From contig NW_021834182.1 of the NCBI RefSeq assembly GCF_006345805.1, forward strand, positions 1 through 50,853: a stretch of DNA of 50,853 nucleotides, written 5' to 3'. Positions 47,726 through 50,853 of this stretch are shown here, in pieces. The DNA is from Octopus sinensis. Lineage: Eukaryota. A program made the position numbers and the translations under genes. Positions within the stretch are counted from its first letter, which is position 1, and the number at the start of each line of letters is the position of its first letter. The notes beneath the pieces were generated by a model, which made no database searches, had not been told where the DNA came from, and saw only the letters and a program-made list of their open reading frames with translations.

Positions 47726-48289
47726 CTGCACTCCTCTTGCTCTAATCTGCATCCTCTCCCTTTTCCTCCTCACACCTTCATTCTCTTCTCTCACTCTCCC
47801 AATCTTTCTATCTCTCTCGCACACACACACTCCTTTACTCTCTCCATTGTACTTTGTCTAAAAACTACAAATTGCTGATATACAGTTTTTCTATATCTCA
47901 TCCCCTTCCGGCTCCTCACCCTTCTCCTCTTCCTTCTCCTCCTCCTCCTCTATTACTACTAGATTTAATATTGCTGCCGCTGCTACTGCCATTTCCCGCC
48001 AACCAACCAGTTAATGAATGTTTTAACATCGACTGCTCTCTTGCTTAATCTTTGCCATTGCGAATATTTTCTCAAATGACTCTTTTACAAACCAATTATC
48101 GCTGTAGGATATTGCATGGCTCTAGGTGTTGACACGGGAGAAAACAGAGGCCAAAACGTCCAACATTATATTAGTCAACACAGCAACGTCAGTGGGATAA
48201 TTACCGAAGCTGAGCGGAAGAGAGACTGAGCCAGGGAGGACAGGAGTGTTAGAGAATGTCCTTACATTTTGCTTTTTCTTCCATTTTGA

Positions 48290-48329
48290 CATATATATAT
48301 ATATATTATACATTATATGTGTGTGTTTG

Positions 48330-48367
<38 letters not shown>

Positions 48368-48407
48368 CATACAAACACACACATATATGTGTGTGTGTAG
48401 CTGAGTG

Positions 48408-48441
<34 letters not shown>

Positions 48442-48808
48442 CATATATGCATGTATGTAGGTATGTATATATGTATGCATACCTGTATACATGTATATAT
48501 GTATGTATGCATGTATCTAAGTATAGGTTTGTGTGTATGCATGTATGTATATACGTAGGTAGGTAGGTATGTATCAATGTAGGTATGTATGCATGCATGT
48601 ATGTAGGTAGGTATGTATGTATGAATGTATATATGCATGTATGCATGTACGTATATATGTATGCATATATAAATGCATGTATGTATGTACGTATGTATGC
48701 ATGTATGTATAAGCATAGTTTAGGACGTTGTGTTCGCGTGTACTTTTCTTTGCGACTGTAATTACAACCACCAATATTATTACTCAGTACAAGCAGTGCT
48801 GGCTTTTT

Positions 48809-48892
<84 letters not shown>

Positions 48893-49330
48893 CTGCTGTT
48901 GCTGCTGCGGCTACTACTACTACATCTACTGCTATTACAGCTGCAACTACTGCTACTACTACTATTACAAATACTACTACTAGTACTACTACTACAACTA
49001 CAACTACTACTACTACTGCTACTACTACTAAAACTACTACTGCTCCTACTACTACTGCTACTACTGCTACTATTACTGCTACTACTGCTACTACTGCCAC
49101 TACTACTACTGCCATTGCTCTACTACTATTACTACTACAAATACTACCACTACTACTTCTACTACTACAACTACTACTACTACTACTATTACTACTACTA
49201 CTACTACTACTACTACTGCAACTATTACTACTACTGCTACTACTGCTATTGCTGCTACTATTACAACTACTACTTTCCATTATTAATTACGATTATATCA
49301 TTATTATTATTATTATTGATATTATACCTA
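48290..49330. repeat. (TA)/(TATG) block followed by a (CTA)/(AAT) trinucleotide block
   Basis: Directly visible. Confidence 0.93.
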
Positions 49331-49745
49331 CTATCACAGATACCATTGTCGTTGGTGCTGTTGGTGTTGTTGTTGTAAGTATTAAATGGTCCTTCTATAA
49401 CAGATTTATTACCTACGTGAAGCATGTTAAGATGTTTCAATTATATCCTGATCATTCAAAATGACGTAAGTGCATAATAAACAGGAACGGAGAGAAACAT
49501 GCATATATATACAGATGCATATTTTGTGAATATAACATCTCTCTCTCCCTCTCTCTGTATAGATAGATATATGCATGCATGTATATAGTTATGTATGTAT
49601 GAATACTTGTATATATATATACGTATCATATATACATATATATATATTGTTTTTGTATGTGAATACGTATATTTAAGTAGATATGTATATATATATATAT
49701 ATGTGTGTGTGTGCGTGTATGTGTGTTTTAGTGTGCATATAATAT

Positions 49746-49777
<32 letters not shown>

Positions 49778-49994
49778 GACATGCGTATGTGTAATGTATT
49801 GTAATGTATAATGCGTTTGTATTATAAGCAGTATGATAAATACTTTTTAAGGCCAAAAACACTAACGATCAAGACAGTCCCAGAGATGTGTGCCTGAGTC
49901 GATGAGTATTTGTCTGTGTATTTCTGTTTATATATATATATATATATATACAACATATATTTTTTTTTGGGGGGGGGCACCCTGTATATATATA

Positions 49995-50200
49995 CAAGTG
50001 GTCCCCCAAAATGTATGCATACTTTAACTGTTTTTGCACTTCAACTGCAATTTTCACACTTCCAGTATCATTTAGAATGAATTTTTTTTTGTTCAAAGCT
50101 TAATCTGACTGCCATCATTAATCCTATAGGTTTCATCTGGAAAAAAAAATATCAAACGAGTTATCAGCTGCTAAAGTGTGTATACATTTTTTTGGGACAC

Positions 50201-50204
<4 letters not shown>
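49995..50204. mobile_element. ~210-bp Tc1/mariner-type MITE
   Basis: Imperfect ~32-bp TIRs caagtggtcccccaaaatgtatgcatacttta / taaagtgtgtatacattttttgggacactctg, flanked by TA. A lone similar TIR is at ~49965-49984. Confidence 0.75.
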
Positions 50205-50236
<32 letters not shown>

Positions 50237-50853
50237 CTAAGCAGAGCAAATTTTTAGCCATTTCTCTGCAGACTAAAAAATGTTTGAACAACCTTAATAG
50301 ATTTTTGAACCTTATTGGGTTCCCATCGGAGACGTCTATGAAGGAGTCCCTAATTTGCAAACAGAAAGTGTTTAACACTATAAATACCAGCCGCCTGTCA
50401 TGGGGGATCTTAGTTCACACAGTATCAAGCTATGATATAATAAATGTGTAACATATAGGGAAAATTTTTAGCCATTTCTCCGCAGACTGAAAAAAAAATG
50501 TTTGAACAGCCTTTTCGAACCTTATTGAGTTCTCATCAGAGGCATCTACATAAATCTGACAGTTTCCAGAGAAGCAAGCAACCAAACTGTTTATATACTC
50601 AACAAATGCAGCAGTTACTCTATGAAGGAGTCCCTAATTTGCATACCGAATGTGTTTAACAGTAAAAACAAACGGTGAGGACTGTTAAGCCAAGACGATG
50701 GAAAAATTATCAATGTTCATTGAAGTCGTGGATTAATAAATACATCGATATGCAAATGAGATAATATAGTAGCGGTTGCTCGTGGTGTTAATTTTACAAT
50801 CATCTTAAAACTATTCCCTCTTCTCACCTCTCTCTGTGCCTCTCTCTACACAG

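Noticed and set aside
48060-48290. Candidate exon in a unique island (ctgtag| acceptor)
   Set aside because: Two frames stop almost at once and the third gives a short unrecognised peptide with no clear donor.
16-49804. Dozens of ORFs rich in YI, HT, CV, poly-L/S/T/Y/K/R/P/G
   Set aside because: They are translations of microsatellites with no domain content.

Overview
Repeat-saturated, AT-rich animal genomic DNA with no intact protein-coding gene. The SINE families and very dense microsatellites point to a cephalopod, most likely Octopus (inference). The window is probably intronic or intergenic, and it ends exactly on a polypyrimidine tract plus CAG. Nearly all ORFs in the track are microsatellite artefacts. 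The real coding remnants are all transposon fragments: a mariner transposase, L1/Tx1 ORF1 and ORF2 pieces, an RTE 3' end, R4/Dong restriction-like-endonuclease 3' ends, and a Penelope GIY-YIG C-terminus. About 30 tRNA-derived SINE copies or fragments of several families are present, many with target-site duplications (TSDs). The most unusual signal is a set of Penelope-like (PLE) pseudo-LTR elements carrying minimal type I hammerhead-ribozyme motifs, often as fold-back pairs. In one family the pseudo-LTR begins with a tRNA-derived Pol III head directly after the PLE ORF stop; it occurs as three insertions, each with a 12-bp TSD (two exact, one degenerate). One hammerhead (38841-38911) keeps a complete catalytic core. 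All alignments and folds were done by eye, and family names are provisional.
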